Source of the DNA: the human T2T-CHM13v2.0 reference genome, Homo sapiens
Assembly (NCBI RefSeq): GCF_009914755.1
Contig: NC_060931.1
Length of the DNA stretch: 64,000 nt
Reading direction: 5' to 3' (one strand)
The notes below the pieces were generated by a model. The model worked only from the letters and a program-made list of their open reading frames with translations, was not told the DNA's origin and made no database searches. The translations under genes were made by a program, and so were the position numbers. Below, one piece after another: positions 27,180 to 43,545 of the stretch; within the stretch, counting starts at the first letter, position 1; each line of letters opens with the position of its first letter.

Positions 27180-27365
27180 GCTTGGATTTAAAACTTAATT
27201 GGCCAATTAGTACCTGGAAACTACTTATTAGGAAAGAAGCTTCACATCTCTAAACTTCAATTTTCTCTTATATAAAATGGGGAAATAATAGTTATCTCCC
27301 TCAAATGAGCCCTGTAAGGATCAGATGAGAATATATATAAAGTATCAGTACACCATCTGGTACTG
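27180..27365 (+). mobile_element. MIR
   Basis: CTTCAATTTTCTCTTATATAAAATGGGGAAATAATAGT. Confidence 0.6.
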
Positions 27366-27644
27366 AAACATATGATCACTTCATGTGGTTGATAGTGAAA
27401 GTAATATTGGTAGTCATAGAATGCCCCATCTCAGGCTTCCAGGGCAACAGTCTAAGAGGCAGAGTCCTGTTTTGCATTTGAGCAAGCAGATGTAGTATAC
27501 GGTTTTCGTTAAAATGGCAGAAAAAAAATGTTAAGGAGCAGTGTCAATATTTACAGTAACAAAGTATTCTGGAATCAGATTTTCTTAAAATTCCTTAATG
27601 CCTTAGTAATTCTGAGAAATGCCTGCTTTTAAAAGAAGGACCAA

Positions 27645-27826
27645 CAAAAAATTAGCTGGATGTGCTGGTGCATGCCTATAATCCCAGCACTTTGGGATTA
27701 CAGGGAGGAGGATTACTTGAGCCCAGCAATTTGAGACTGCAGTGAGCTATCACCATGCCACTGCATGGTGGCATGCCACTGCATTCCAGCCTGGGCAACA
27801 GAACAAGACATGTCTCTAAAAATAAA
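27645..27826 (+). mobile_element. Alu right arm
   Basis: AAAAATTAGCTGG...CCAGCCTGGGCAACAGA. Confidence 0.88.
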
Positions 27827-27997
27827 AAGTAATGACAACTTGCAAACTATATAAAGACAGTGCTTCCAATAAGCATTTCTCCTGTTCAAGTTTGGAATTA
27901 CTAGTGCACCAGCAAGCTACCCCAGCCTCAGTTTCCCCAGAGTTGTGGGTAGAGTAGAACACTAACGATAAAGTTAGTGTAATAAGGAGTAAAGGTT

Positions 27998-28280
27998 GGC
28001 CAGGTGTTGTAACTCGCACCTGTAATCCTAGCACTTTGGGAGGCCTAGGTGAGAGGAGTGCCTGAGCTCAAGAGTTTGAGACTAGCCTGGGCAACATAAG
28101 ATCTTGTCTCTACAAAAAAATCAAATAATTAGCCAAGTGTGGTGATGCATGTCTACAGACCCAGCTACTCAGGAGGCTAAGGCTGGGGGATGACTTGAGC
28201 CCAGATCGAGGCTGCAGTGAGCTGTGATCTCACCACTGTGCTGCAGCCTGGACAACAGAGCAAGACCCTGTCACACAAAA
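27998..28280 (+). mobile_element. Alu (J-like)
   Basis: Dimer. Confidence 0.93.
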
Positions 28281-28516
28281 AGTTGAGTATCCCTAATTCA
28301 AAAATTCAAAATCCAAAATGCTCCAAAAACTGAAATGTTTTGAGTGCTGACATGACACTTGAAATACTCACGGGAGCACTTCAGAGTCTAGATTTTTAGA
28401 TTAGGGATGATGTAAATCTAACATATAATGCAAATATCCTAAAATCTGAAAAAATCTGAAACTGGCTGAACTGGATTTCTGGTCCCAATCATTTTGGATA
28501 AAGGGTACTCAACCTA
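28281..28516. mobile_element. Tigger4a/MER46A-like TcMar MITE
   Basis: Terminal inverted repeats AGTTGAGTATCCCT ... AGGGTACTCAACCT; AAATCCAAAATGCTCCAAAA. Confidence 0.8.
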
Positions 28517-29052
28517 TGGAAGATTAAAAAGGAAGGAGACTACATAAAGCATGAACTGAGTTCTGGTTTCCAGAATTATACCCAGGTGTTGGCATTCAAC
28601 CAGTGTCATGCATACTCATTCAGTGCATATTTATTAAGTACTTAACAAATATCACGAACAGTGCTCTCCAAATTTAACCTTTGATCTAAAGGTTCTCCCT
28701 CTGAAGAAACTTAGTGAAATACAGTGTTATTCCAAAACAGGAGATGAAATGAAGAAAAAAACTCTTATATTCCTCTTAAAATTTAAAAAGGGAACATGAT
28801 GGGGAAATAAAGAGTAAAACAGTTTGTCATACATAAATATATCAACCATCACTTGTTTTGTTTAAATACTTCTCCTTAATTGCTCAATATGGTCACACAG
28901 CCATTATAAATATTTATCATAATTTCCACCAAGTTTTCTGTGAAAAATAGTATCATGAAAAATTAGTATATCTAAGCTCTAAGCAAAAAAAAAAAAAAAA
29001 AAAAATTGAAACACTTAAATTCAATAAACACTGTTAAAAATTACTTTAATTT

Positions 29053-29344
<292 letters not shown>

Positions 29345-29580
29345 TTACTTTAACTTGAAATCAAAATTCTCAGGTATATTAGGCAGTAAAACACACGAAA
29401 CCAGTATAAAATTTTCACCTATCTCTTTTATTAACAGATTTACATTCCCATCACAAAACTACTTAGTTTACTGGGTAATCAAATCCTATTGTTTTTCCCT
29501 TACACATTTTGTAAAAAGAAAAAAACCTTTTACCTTCTAAAACACGTAATAAGAAAATTACATAGATAAAAGACATTACT

Positions 29581-30219
29581 GGGCCAGGCATGGTGGTTCA
29601 CACCTGTAATCCCAGGGCTTTGAGAAGCCAATGCAGGAGGATTGCTTGAGCCTGGGATTTTGAGACCAGCCTGGGCAACACAGTGAGATCGTGTCTCTAC
29701 AAAAAATAAAAATATTGGCCCAGGGAGTGGTGGCTCATGCCTGTAATCCCAGCACTTTGGGAGGCCAAGGTGGGTGGATCACGAGGTCAGGAGATCGAGA
29801 CCATTCTGGCTAACAACGGTGAAACCCCATCTCTACTAAAAATACAAAAAATTAGCCGGGGGTGGTGGTGGGCACCTGTAGTCCCAGCTACTCGGGAGGC
29901 TGAGGCAGGAGAATGGCATGAACCCAGAGGCGGAGCTTGCATCTGAGCTGAGATCGCGCCACTAGACTCCAGCCTGGGTGACAGAATGATACTCCGTCTC
30001 AAAAAAATAAATAAATAAAAATAAATAAATAAATAAATAAATAAAAATAGTAGCTGGGCATGGTGGTGCACACCTTTAGTCATCCCAGCTACTCAGGAGG
30101 CTGAAGCAGGAGGATCACCTGAGCCCATGAGTTCAAGGCTTCAGTGAACCATGACTGCACCAATGCACTCCAGCCTGGGTGACCGAACGAGACCCCATCT
30201 CAAAAACATAAATAAAAAA
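29581..30219 (+). mobile_element. Older Alu with a Y-like Alu (29717-30048) nested in its A-rich linker
   Basis: Left arm 29581-29715, complete Alu with (AAAT)n tail, right arm resumes at 30049. Confidence 0.9.
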
Positions 30220-30312
30220 TGTTTAACAATGTTTCCTCACAAAATAAACCACATAATAAACCAATAAGCTACAACTCATGTATGTAACTGAGTAAAAAAA
30301 TGCTTACCTGTA

Positions 30313-30758
<446 letters not shown>

Positions 30759-30877
30759 CTACAGGGGAGATGAAGAAAACAAAGTTGTAAGGGTTTTGTG
30801 TAAAACAAATGTAGAGCTGAAAAGAACAATTAGACAATAAGAGGTGTTTATTTAGGGTATTTACTTATAAGAGAAAC

Positions 30878-31172
30878 TTTTTCTTTTTTTGAGACAGGGT
30901 CTTGCTCTGTCCCCCAGGCTGGAGTGCAGTGGTACCATCATGGCTCACCACAGTCTTGACCTTCTGTGCTCAAACGATTCTCCTCAGTCTCCCAAGTAGC
31001 TGGGACTACAGGCATGCACCACCACACCCAGCTATTTTTTCTTTTATTTTTAGTAGAGACAAGGCCTCCCTATGTTGCCCAGGCTGGTCTCCAACTCCTG
31101 AGCTCAAGCAATCTTTCCTGCCTCAGCCTCTGAAAGTGCTCGGATTACAGGCATGAGCCACTGTGCCTAGCC
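30878..31172 (-). mobile_element. Alu (J-like)
   Basis: Antisense dimer. Confidence 0.93.
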
Positions 31173-31284
31173 AATGAAATTTTTGAGGGAGAAAGATAAG
31201 AATAAAATCCAGTCCCAAATATATACCAGACTATTCCACCATGCCATTTTGAGTGAAAATCTCAAAATTCTATTCACTTCTTAT

Positions 31285-31655
31285 ATTCATACCATGAAAT
31301 AATACTCAGCAATAAAAAGGAACTAAGTATTAATATATACTTTAACATAAATGAACCTGAAAACATTATGCTCAGTGAAAGAAGCCACACACAAAAAACC
31401 ACATAGTATATGAGTCCGTTTATATAAAACGTCTAAAAAAGGAAAATATAGAGACAGAAGGTAGATTAGTAGTTCCTTAGAACTGTAAGAATGGGGTCTG
31501 TGACTATAAATAGACACAAAGTGATAAAAGTGCTCTAAATTTAGATTGTGGAAATGGTTGTGTAACTGTAAATATACTAAAATTCATTTAATTATATACT
31601 TAAAATGGGTAGATTTTGTGGTATGTAAATTACATCTCAATAAAGCTGTTAAAAA
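31285..31655 (+). mobile_element. L1M 3' end
   Basis: AATACTCAGCAATAAAAAGGAA..ATGAACCTGAAAACATTATGCTCAGTGAAAGAAGCC..ATCTCAATAAAGCTG. Confidence 0.85.
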
Positions 31656-31959
31656 TTCATTTACTCAAACAATTCTCTAAAAATATGCAGGACACTTTCC
31701 TAAAAATCTATTATATACAGGAAATCATGATGGAAAGGCAACTGGCATCATGGAGAATACTAAGTAGAATGCCCATATATAGGTAAGAGAGGAAAATAGG
31801 AGAGAAAAGCTTCTGCATGTAGCGGTCAACAGTGAGTGTCACAACAGTCACTAACTTGGGCACTAACTTGGGCCCCTCAAGGACAGAGATGAAGAAGCCA
31901 TTCAAAATGGATAAAACAGGGTAGAACATAAGAAGCAATTGTTCAAGGGGCATAGCTTG

Positions 31960-32260
31960 AACATAAGGGCTCATGCAGGAAACCAGAAAATGAATTGGAA
32001 AGATGGAGAGCAGTCAGATCACAGAGGGCCTTTAAATGAGACAAGAGAGTCTGAGCTTTTCCTTGTAGATAGTGGGGAAAACCAAAGGGTTTCAAGTCTG
32101 AATTTAGCATGACAAAATGTAAGTGATAAATGTAGGATGAATACTCTAAGCTGACAGACTATAAGAGCTAAAGGCTAGAGACAGGAAAACTGGCTATCAG
32201 GCTATGACAATAATATACCTAAGAGGTAAGAAACTAAGTTATATTGGCAGAAATGAATAC
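31960..32260 (-). mobile_element. L2 fragment
   Basis: CAGATCACAGAGGGCCTT...TTTTCCTTGTAG. Confidence 0.5.
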
Positions 32261-32272
32261 AAAAACCACTAT

Positions 32273-32916
<644 letters not shown>

Positions 32917-33335
32917 AGAAACAGCAAATACTTAATTTCATAATATTGTAACAGGCTGAAGTACCACAACAGAAGTGCTGAGTAATTCTCAAGCAATTCT
33001 CTCATTTTGGGTCTAAAATGAACTATAAATGTTACCAAGAAATATTAAAACTATTATTCAGAGGTACCTACTAATTATTGGTGGGATAGACAGAACTGGT
33101 AACTCAAACTACAAAGGAAGAATGTATTTAGTTCAGAAGGCAAAATCTCTACAGTAGATGTATAGGAGCATTAGATGTAAAGATCTCGAAATCTACAATT
33201 CTGCCAGCAGAATCTAGTTGAAGAACACTTGTGAAAAGCTCAAATTATATCCTGTGGATATGAAACTGTCCCAGGCACAAGATTTTAATGATGGATGGCT
33301 TCAACCCCAAACACATATTGAACTATTTTTATTTA

Positions 33336-33779
<444 letters not shown>

Positions 33780-33898
33780 TCATCATGGGATGTGTTAGGG
33801 AATGTGAAGTTTCGGTATCTTCATACAAAGTCAGTCAGCCCTGAAAGGTCAAATGAAATCTATCCTGTCTATAGCTGCCATTAAAGAACAGCAGAACA

Positions 33899-34212
33899 GG
33901 CGGTGCGCAGTGGCTCACGCCTGTAATCCCAGCACTTCGGGAGGCCAAGGCAGACGGATCACAAGGTCAAGAGTTTGAGACCAGCCTGACCAACATGGTG
34001 AAACCCCATCTCTACTAAAATTACAAAAATTAGCCCAGGCGTGGTGGTGCGTGCCTGTAATCCCAGCTACTTGGGAGGCTGAGGCAGCAGAATCACTTGA
34101 ACCCAAGAGGCAGAGGTTGCAGTGAGCCGAGATCGCGCCACTGCACTGCACTCCAGCCTGGACAACAGAGTGAGATCGTCTCAAAAAAAAAAAAACAAAA
34201 ACAAAACAAAAC
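33899..34212 (+). mobile_element. Alu (S-like)
   Basis: Dimer with (CAAAA)n tail. Confidence 0.95.
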
Positions 34213-35031
34213 AGCAACATCAAACTCACTAATGATTGCTGCTTATGTCTGTTAATATTTGTAGTAGAAATATACAGGTCCACATTTAATTCACCTTTAT
34301 TCTCCCTGTCCCTTTCAAATATTAAGTCAAAATTACCTAAAAGCAAAGAACAAATAAAGCAATCCATCTATGCCTTGGCTTCTATTCTGCTCAGGAAACG
34401 TACAACAAAGACGCAAAAGATCATAAAAATGTAAAGTTAAGCTTTATGTATTTGTTATTAGCAAAGAGTAACTAAATTAACTTCTGCATTCAGAGGCATA
34501 GAGAACACCAACGTTACTAGTTATTAAATATTTAAATCTGGCAAAGAGTCTAGTTAGTATAAAGAAATATCACAAATGGTAATAGTAAAGAGTGAGAAAA
34601 AATATATTTTGTAAAGAAAAGTCTTAACCTATCTAACAGCACCAATTTTTACCCTCTAAAAATTACTATTTGAGCCTATAACTTGTCAGTTTAAAAACAG
34701 AGATCACTGTTTTCTAAAGGCAGCATTTTAAAATCTCAAAGTGTAAATTATCCCATTTTTCTCTTTTAATGGAAAAAGAATATTCTAAACCTTTCTGCCT
34801 TCCCAACATTAAAACTTTACCTTAGTTAATTGCAACACATTTCTTGTATTTCAACCTTTATAAAACTTCTTTCATGTGTCTCTTACACATGCAAGAATGA
34901 GATTTGCCAAGTACTACATCATCTGAATAGAAACCTTAAGCAAAACTTAAAAACAAAAATTGAGATGTGGCTTTTTAAAAAATTAAATAACATTTCAAAG
35001 AATTTCTATTTAAAACATTAAAAGTACTTAC

Positions 35032-35201
35032 CTGAAATAAGAGCTACATGTTGCAAGAACCATCTTATGACAAGGGAATTCAGTGCCCTCAACAATTAAC
35101 ACTATGTCAGTAAACAACTGCTGTTCATAAAACAGTTTCAACTGTTCCAACAATGACACAGCATATTCAGTATTGATCTGCCTCTCGTCTTGAGTGGACA
35201 T
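35032..35201 (-). CDS. KBTBD2: KBTBD2 first coding segment (exon 2), N-terminal BTB domain
   Basis: Manual translation from ATG at 35201: [56 protein letters not shown](R), a typical BTB start. Ends at donor TTCAG|GTAAGT. 170 nt, phase 2. Confidence 0.96.
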
Positions 35202-35539
35202 GACTGTATTCCATTAATATCTCCAGGAACAGATTAGAAAAGTCCGTCTTACTGATGGAAGGTCAAGTGAATACTTCAGAAATAAAGGAGAACCTACTTG
35301 CTGTTATCTGCAGCATTCAGTACCAAGACTGACACATTCACTAATGAGTAATATCTTGTTACACAGACTTAGAATCACTCCTAGGTCATCCTGTGTTAAT
35401 TAGGTTCTTCAGAGTTTTTCAACACAGTCTGCAGACATTGTGCTCAAATCTGCAATTGTGCAGCTCATGAGTGAAAGAGAAAAATACACGAGGTAGATTT
35501 TGTGGCAACATCCTATGTTCAGCGGATCCTGTGGAGTAA
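35202..35539 (-). other. KBTBD2: KBTBD2 5' UTR part of exon 2
   Basis: Polypyrimidine acceptor CTTTTTTTCTTTTTAG|TTACTC at 35540-35541; repeat-free sequence to the ATG. Confidence 0.8.
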
Positions 35540-36417
35540 CTAAAAAGAAAAAAAGTTCAGTTGTAGTATCTAGGCCAGTACGGTTTTAGAATATAACGTT
35601 TAAAATGGCAGCCTTAAATAGAAATCATATTTATTTCAAGTTCAACTTTAGACATTACCATAAAAGTGAAACATGACAAAAATGAAGATTCTTAGTCTAC
35701 ATTTAAAATTAAAAAACAAGAAAATTACCAGTTGTAATTTCAAGTTAACTTTTGCCTTCTATACAAAATATAACTGTCACAGAAAATAACGAACACATGA
35801 ATAAGTACACATTTTTAAAGCTCTTTCAAAATAGACAACTTAAATTACCAAAGCCAGATCTCTTAGTTATTTGTCTGGTAGCAACAAATGATCATAATAT
35901 TTAAGAAAAAAAATTTTTTTAAAAAAACAAAAAACCTGCTCTCCTACACAGAGATTTCTCGTTCTCCGAATATATTTTAAACACGTTCACAAAGTCTTCA
36001 TATTTAATTTAAACTATACGGTAAATAGATTCAAACTGTTAATTTTCAAATTTGCCATTCAATTCACTAGGAGAACTATATGTAATTTGTTTCTTTGTGG
36101 AGTGGTTCTTTCCTAGGAATCTTTACAAATAAAAGTATATTTTACTTAAAAAAAAAAAACATAAAATGTAATGGGTATATGTTCCTACCCAGAAAACTCC
36201 ATATTACACAAATATGAATGTTCTCCGAATTAATATGTAACTTTAATACAAATCCAATCTAAATCCTATTTTCAAGGGATTTATCTGGAAGAATGCACAA
36301 AGGTTGCTAAGATATTTGAGGGGAAGAAGGGCAAGTTTTTAATGATTTTTATGAAAATATTAAATGTACTATAAAACTGCCATAAAACCAAGTACACATA
36401 AGAAACCAGAGATGACT

Positions 36418-36744
<327 letters not shown>

Positions 36745-38297
36745 TCAAGTTAGGAAGAATGGTTTATTTCAACAAATAATGTTGGAAGTGGCTAACTGCT
36801 CAAGGGGGCAAAAAAACCTAGGCTTTAGTCATACTGCATACCATTCATCAAAAAAAAAAACCAAAATTCCAGCTGAATAAAAATTTAATTTGGAACTCAG
36901 TATTCACAACACATGGCAAAGGAATTACAAATCAGGAAAAGAGGAAAATCCCAAATAGAATGCTACTAATATGTTAACTATAAAAACTGCCACCTCTTTT
37001 TTCACCAACTGTTAAGATGACCATTAGTTACCATAATGAGAAATGACTCCATCATTAGAATCACTGTTATTTTTCCTCACAAAATACCATCCATTATGTC
37101 AAAGAGAATGACATACACTTCCTGACAAACTATACTATTACAGTAACTGCTAACTTGATATACAGTCAAGTTTCCAGCCAAGTTAACTTTGAAAGTAACT
37201 AAAACAGGTGCAAAGGCAGAGTGAGACTCTGGGTCATTTAAGGTAATAACTTTGCTCTTCCAGAACAGCATGTCACACTATAAATCTGAGTTCTACTACT
37301 ATAATCTCTAAGGCAAATAATACTTAAAATCACTGGCTATTTCCACACATTAATAATGCAGCAAGGCATAGTGTTGTTGAGGGTGTGGAAAAACAAGCAT
37401 TCTTACACAGAGGAGTAAGTTGATACATACCCACAATCCCTTATTCAAAACTCTTGACACAAGACACGCTCCAGAATTTACACTTTTCCAGATTTTATAG
37501 AGGTATTGTGACACATGTACCCTACATTATGAAATCCTCTCAAGAAGTCTCAGGTAGCAATGGATAATCAAACATATTATCTTTGCTGAGGCAACTATGA
37601 ATGGTGTCAAAAATAAAGACTATATATAGCCTCACGTTACTTCAGGTCAGGTTTTACTAGCAAAGATTTTTTTTTTTTAACAACTTGATTTTTCAGAGCT
37701 TTTTGAATTTCAAAATTGCAAGTATTAATAATACTTGGCACTGGAAATGCTTAATACCAATCTACTAATCCTACTTCTAGAAATATATTTTACAGAAATA
37801 TATGCATTAATAAAATAGAAGTCCTAATCCCAGTAGCTGGACTCAAAATTGTCCCCATCCATGTTTAAACAAGGTGACAGCAACTGGTGGCCAGGGCCAA
37901 GACAGACTTAAATCATGCCGCTAGACCCCAGAATTTCTTGCAGGCTAGCGGTACAGGCTCACTCTGGTCATTTCATTAACCATATAATAATATGATTTTC
38001 TGCAATGATTTTGGGGAGGCCTCATTTACGACTGGGTTTTGCCAGATTTGATTTTTTATCGTATCCATGAAACCGTATTAAAACAATTGAAGTCTGCTTC
38101 TAAAAAAGTACAAAGTCATACTCATTAACACAGCTTTATTAGATTCCCCTATTTCCCACTCTTCTTTTGTAATCCAGGATACATTTTCTTCCTGGAGAGG
38201 CAGCCTACGTAAAAGTTACCTTAAAATAGGCAGAAAAAGTAAGTCATTCAGATATGACACTAAGTAAATAAACAAGTACAATTAAAAATAAAATTAA

Positions 38298-38666
<369 letters not shown>

Positions 38667-38684
38667 CTAAAAATGTGAAAGCTT

Positions 38685-39001
38685 GGCCAGGTGTGGTAAC
38701 TCACGCCTGTAATCCCAGCACTTTGGGAGGCCTAGGAGGGCAGATCACTTGAGGCCTGAGGCCTGGAGTTCAAGACCAGCCTGACCAACATGGCAAAACC
38801 CTGTCTCTACTAAAAATACAAAAATTAGTCGGGTATGGTGGCTCATGCCTGTAATACTAGCTACTCTGGAGGCTGAGGCTGCTTCAAGCTGAAACTCACT
38901 TGAACCCAGGAGGAGGAGGTTGCAGTGAACTGAGATCACACCACTGCATTCCAGCCTGGGCAACACAGCAAGACTCTGTCTCACGAAAATAAAAATAAAA
39001 A
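38685..39001 (+). mobile_element. Alu (S-like)
   Basis: Dimer; TSD AAAAATGTGAAA. Confidence 0.95.
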
Positions 39002-39826
39002 TGTGAAAATTTGCAAAGTTTAGGACGATCAACCAACCATCTTCAAATGCCCACAACACAAACATTTTCTGTAAAAGGCTCCTTCCCTCCTAAAACTTGA
39101 AACCAGTACTCTAAATCCTCTGAAGCAATTCAGTATGTACTACATTAATTACCAACTGATGTGACGTATTTTACAAATTTTCCCTTTTCAATAATTACAT
39201 TTTGTATATCATTCTATATCTAAAATCAGCTTCAAAACGTCACAGACCCTGTTATCTGTAGAAGCCAGCTTCCCCAGATTAATTCTCAGGTATCAAGGAA
39301 ACTGTTGACTTAATTTTCTTTTCTGAATGAATGGCTAAATTCCACAAATGTTTACTGAATACTAAGTGCCAATCATTGCACTTTACATACTCGGATTCAG
39401 AGAAGCCAAACACTAAAGCTCCAAAACACCAAGGGCTTTTACTCTTACTACAGATTACAGCCACAGCTACAGCTGTCATTCAAAAACATGGTGTTTTAAA
39501 AACCAGCTATTCTAGACAAACTTAAAAGCCAAGAAGCAAGCAAATGAGTGAAGCAAGCTGGGTATATGAAACATTTTTCTTGAAATGTAGCTATCTTAAT
39601 CTTTTTCTTTCAAACTTTTAATAGAGACATGAGTTCAAGAAATTTTACTCTTTACCGTAAGAAAAATTGTAGTACAGGTAAAATGAGCAAAGGTATCTGG
39701 TGCTCAGCCCTACTACTAACAGTGGATCACACAGGAGGAAGGAAAAACTTATTGAAGACCTATTTAAACCTTCTGGATTTTCTTAATATATGCAATGATT
39801 ACCTGATTTTTACAAAATAAACTTTT

Positions 39827-40323
<497 letters not shown>

Positions 40324-40357
40324 TCAAAAGGTACACTATTCTCTCTTCTCATAACAA

Positions 40358-40520
40358 AGACAAAATATTTTAGGCTTTGGGAGCCATAAGGTCTCTATCC
40401 CAAAGATTTAACTCTTGCTGCAGCCTGAAAGCAGCCAAAGACAATATGGAAACAAATGTTATTTCAATAAAACTTTGTTTACAAGAACAGGTTACAGGCC
40501 ACATTTACCAAACTCTGCTT
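40358..40520. mobile_element. MER58A-like hAT MITE
   Basis: AAATATTTTAGGCTTTG..GAAAGCAGCCA..TCAATAAAACTTTGTTTACAA. Confidence 0.75.
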
Positions 40521-40545
40521 TATTTTTAAAAATTTATATTTCTTT

Positions 40546-40630
40546 TATATATATATGTGTGTATGTGTGTGTATATATATATATACACATATATGTGTAT
40601 ATATATATATACACACACATACACACACAC
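40546..40630. repeat. Compound (TA)/(TG)/(CA) microsatellite
   Basis: Direct reading. Confidence 0.95.
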
Positions 40631-40638
40631 AAATTTTA

Positions 40639-40768
40639 ATTTTTTTTTTTAAGAGACAGGATTGTACTATGTTGCCCAGGCTGGTCTTGAACTCCTACGT
40701 TCAAGCGATCCACTTGCCTTGGCCTCCCAGAGTACTGGGATTACAGGTGTGAACCGCCGCACCTGGCC
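40639..40768 (-). mobile_element. Alu left monomer (FLAM-like)
   Basis: Single antisense arm. Confidence 0.88.
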
Positions 40769-41475
40769 TTACACTGCTTCTTGATGAAATATTTAGTCAG
40801 TGACTAAAATACGTACCTCAAGTTGTTTCTGCAAGAATAATGTTTCTCTTCAGATCACAAAACAAGGAAAAGCACAAACTTTAAATTCCTGAACGCGGAA
40901 TTAAATATAATTCTTAATCTAATTTATATATATTCCACTTTTCTTCTCAACCAAAATATTCTAACATCTTTTACCTAGTCACACAACTGCTTTCCCCAAT
41001 TCCTGCTAGTTCCGTGGACTTCTGAAACATGTTCTTATCTAGTGTGAGTACCTTTAATTAAGGTTAAAAAAAAAAAAAAGACATCTCTCCCCAAGATAAC
41101 CTGCCAAAAAAAAAATCCATACTGAGAAAAAGCTATTCAAAAACACTTAAATTACTTTGGGAAATCCCTGTTACAAGCCACAATTCCTGGTATCAGGTGC
41201 TTCCAGATTAGTAAGAAAGTCCTATATTCTAACACTGATCATTAGAATATATTCCATAGTAAAAAATGCTAACCAGCATAAGAATTAAATTGGAGTCATG
41301 CAAACACAATATAATGAAATTCACAATCTTAATAAAGTGCAATGTACTTTGACATAAAAAGTGTACATATTCTTACTCCTTCTTTTAAGTCCTGCGCTCA
41401 ATTCAGTGTTTTTGACTGATTTGCTTGATCGCAGAGAATGGCAAAGATAAGGTTAAAATGTTATACACAGGATGA

Positions 41476-41803
<328 letters not shown>

Positions 41804-42089
41804 TCTACCCACTGACTTTCTACGAATTATTACAGGACAAAGTCCTATTTATTTTTAAATCCGAAGACTACCTACAGAAGTCAAAAATTTATAAACTGAT
41901 TGAAAACAAATGCTTCTAATACATTTTCTCTAGGATGCCCAAGTCTCCGAGGTTCTGAGTGAATTCCAACACATAAAAGTTTTGAAACATTGTTACTAAA
42001 TGATTGTCAGGATTAAATCAGTTAGCAATCGACAGTAACATATACAATTCTACTTAAAAATCTGAAACTCTTCCCACAAAATATTATTT

Positions 42090-42235
42090 CTAGAGATGAC
42101 TTAAAGTATTGGGAGGATATGCACAGGTTATCGAAAATACTACGGCATTTTATCAGAGACCTGAGTGTCCTTGGATTTTCATATCCCAAGGGGACCTAGG
42201 AACTAATCTCCCACTGAAACCAAGAGACAACTGTG
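42090..42235. mobile_element. MER2/Tigger2 fragment
   Basis: TAAAGTATTGGGAGGATATGC...CCTTGGATTTT...GAGACAACTGT. Confidence 0.7.
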
Positions 42236-42859
42236 TTTCTATTCAACAAATTTAAGTTGGTTGTCTGAATTCCTCACTTAACTTTCCTATAAAATAACAG
42301 TATTAAAAAGGTGTTTAACTTCTCACTATAAGCAGCAAAACATGCCTGAAAGTCTATCAGCAAAGAAAATTTACAAAGTAAATACTACTTTAATACTCAT
42401 AAAGAGATAAGTGACCATGAAATTGTTTTACAGATTCTGATTATTAATATTAAAGGATAAGGAACCAAGATTAAAAGTATGAAATGTTGAAATTTTTAAA
42501 AAATCCCAAATACTTTTAAAGATGTCAGAGGTTGATGGCAGTGTTTTGGCTTCTTGGGGGGAGGCAATGAGGGGGGATAGATGTCTAATTTCACTTTGAA
42601 ATCAAGTTTTCATTCCTAGAGGTGTGTACTTTGTAGCATCCTCCCACTGAGTAGCCTGGAAACACAAATAGAAGCAAAGCAAGCTTTTCCAATGTTAACC
42701 AGGCAGAATATAGAGACTGAGGAACGAATAAAGGATTAAAGAACTATTGAATGTGATAAAGAAACCAATCAGCAATTAACTGAGCTGTGGATGAAAAAGG
42801 AAGAAAGGATAAAAAGATGGGAAGGAGGCTGCTAGCAAGGCCTGCTACAATAAGCACAG

Positions 42860-43126
42860 TAGTAGGTACAAAGTTTCCATTGGACAGGAGGAATAAGTGT
42901 TACTGATCTGTTACACAGCATGTTGATGATCGCAGTTAACAATAATATACTGTGTATTTCAAAACTGCTAAAGATTCTAAATGTTCTCACCACAAAAAAA
43001 ATAAGTACATGAGGTGACAGATGTAAATAGCCTGATTTAATCATTCCTCAATGTGTACATAGATTGAAACATCACATTGTAGCCCACAAATACATACAAT
43101 TATTTGCCAACTAAAAATAAAATAAA
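42860..43126 (+). mobile_element. L1MA 3' end
   Basis: ACAGGAGGAATAAGT..AGTTAACAATAAT..TGTTCTCACCACAAAAAA..ACATCACATTGTA. Confidence 0.85.
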
Positions 43127-43334
43127 TTATATAGTAGGAATGAAGGAATGATAGGTCTCCCTCCAGGAGGGGCAGTGCGGCTATAAATCATTCACCTGTA
43201 GGAAGCACATTCAAATTGTACATTACTAACTTAGGGAGTGCTGCATCTCCCAATGCTACAAATGTCAATAGAGAAGATTAAAAATTTTTGTTGGAAAAGA
43301 TCCAAGGCGTTCTCCATGGAGGTCAACCGTTGAA

Positions 43335-43545
43335 AAATAATTGAGTACAAACCCAAACTACTTGGGTTAAAGCCCCAGTTCTGCAACTTAATAGCTGTGT
43401 GGCCCTTTTTAAGTTATTTATTCTCTATGCCTCAGTTTGCTCATCTATAAAATGTAGTTAAAAGTACAACTCTCTTCTCAATGAATTGTTCTAGGATTAC
43501 ATTTCATACTTGGTTCAGTACCTGACACACAGCACTACTACACAG
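43335..43545 (+). mobile_element. MIR
   Basis: TGCCTCAGTTTGCTCATCTATAAAATG. Confidence 0.7.
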
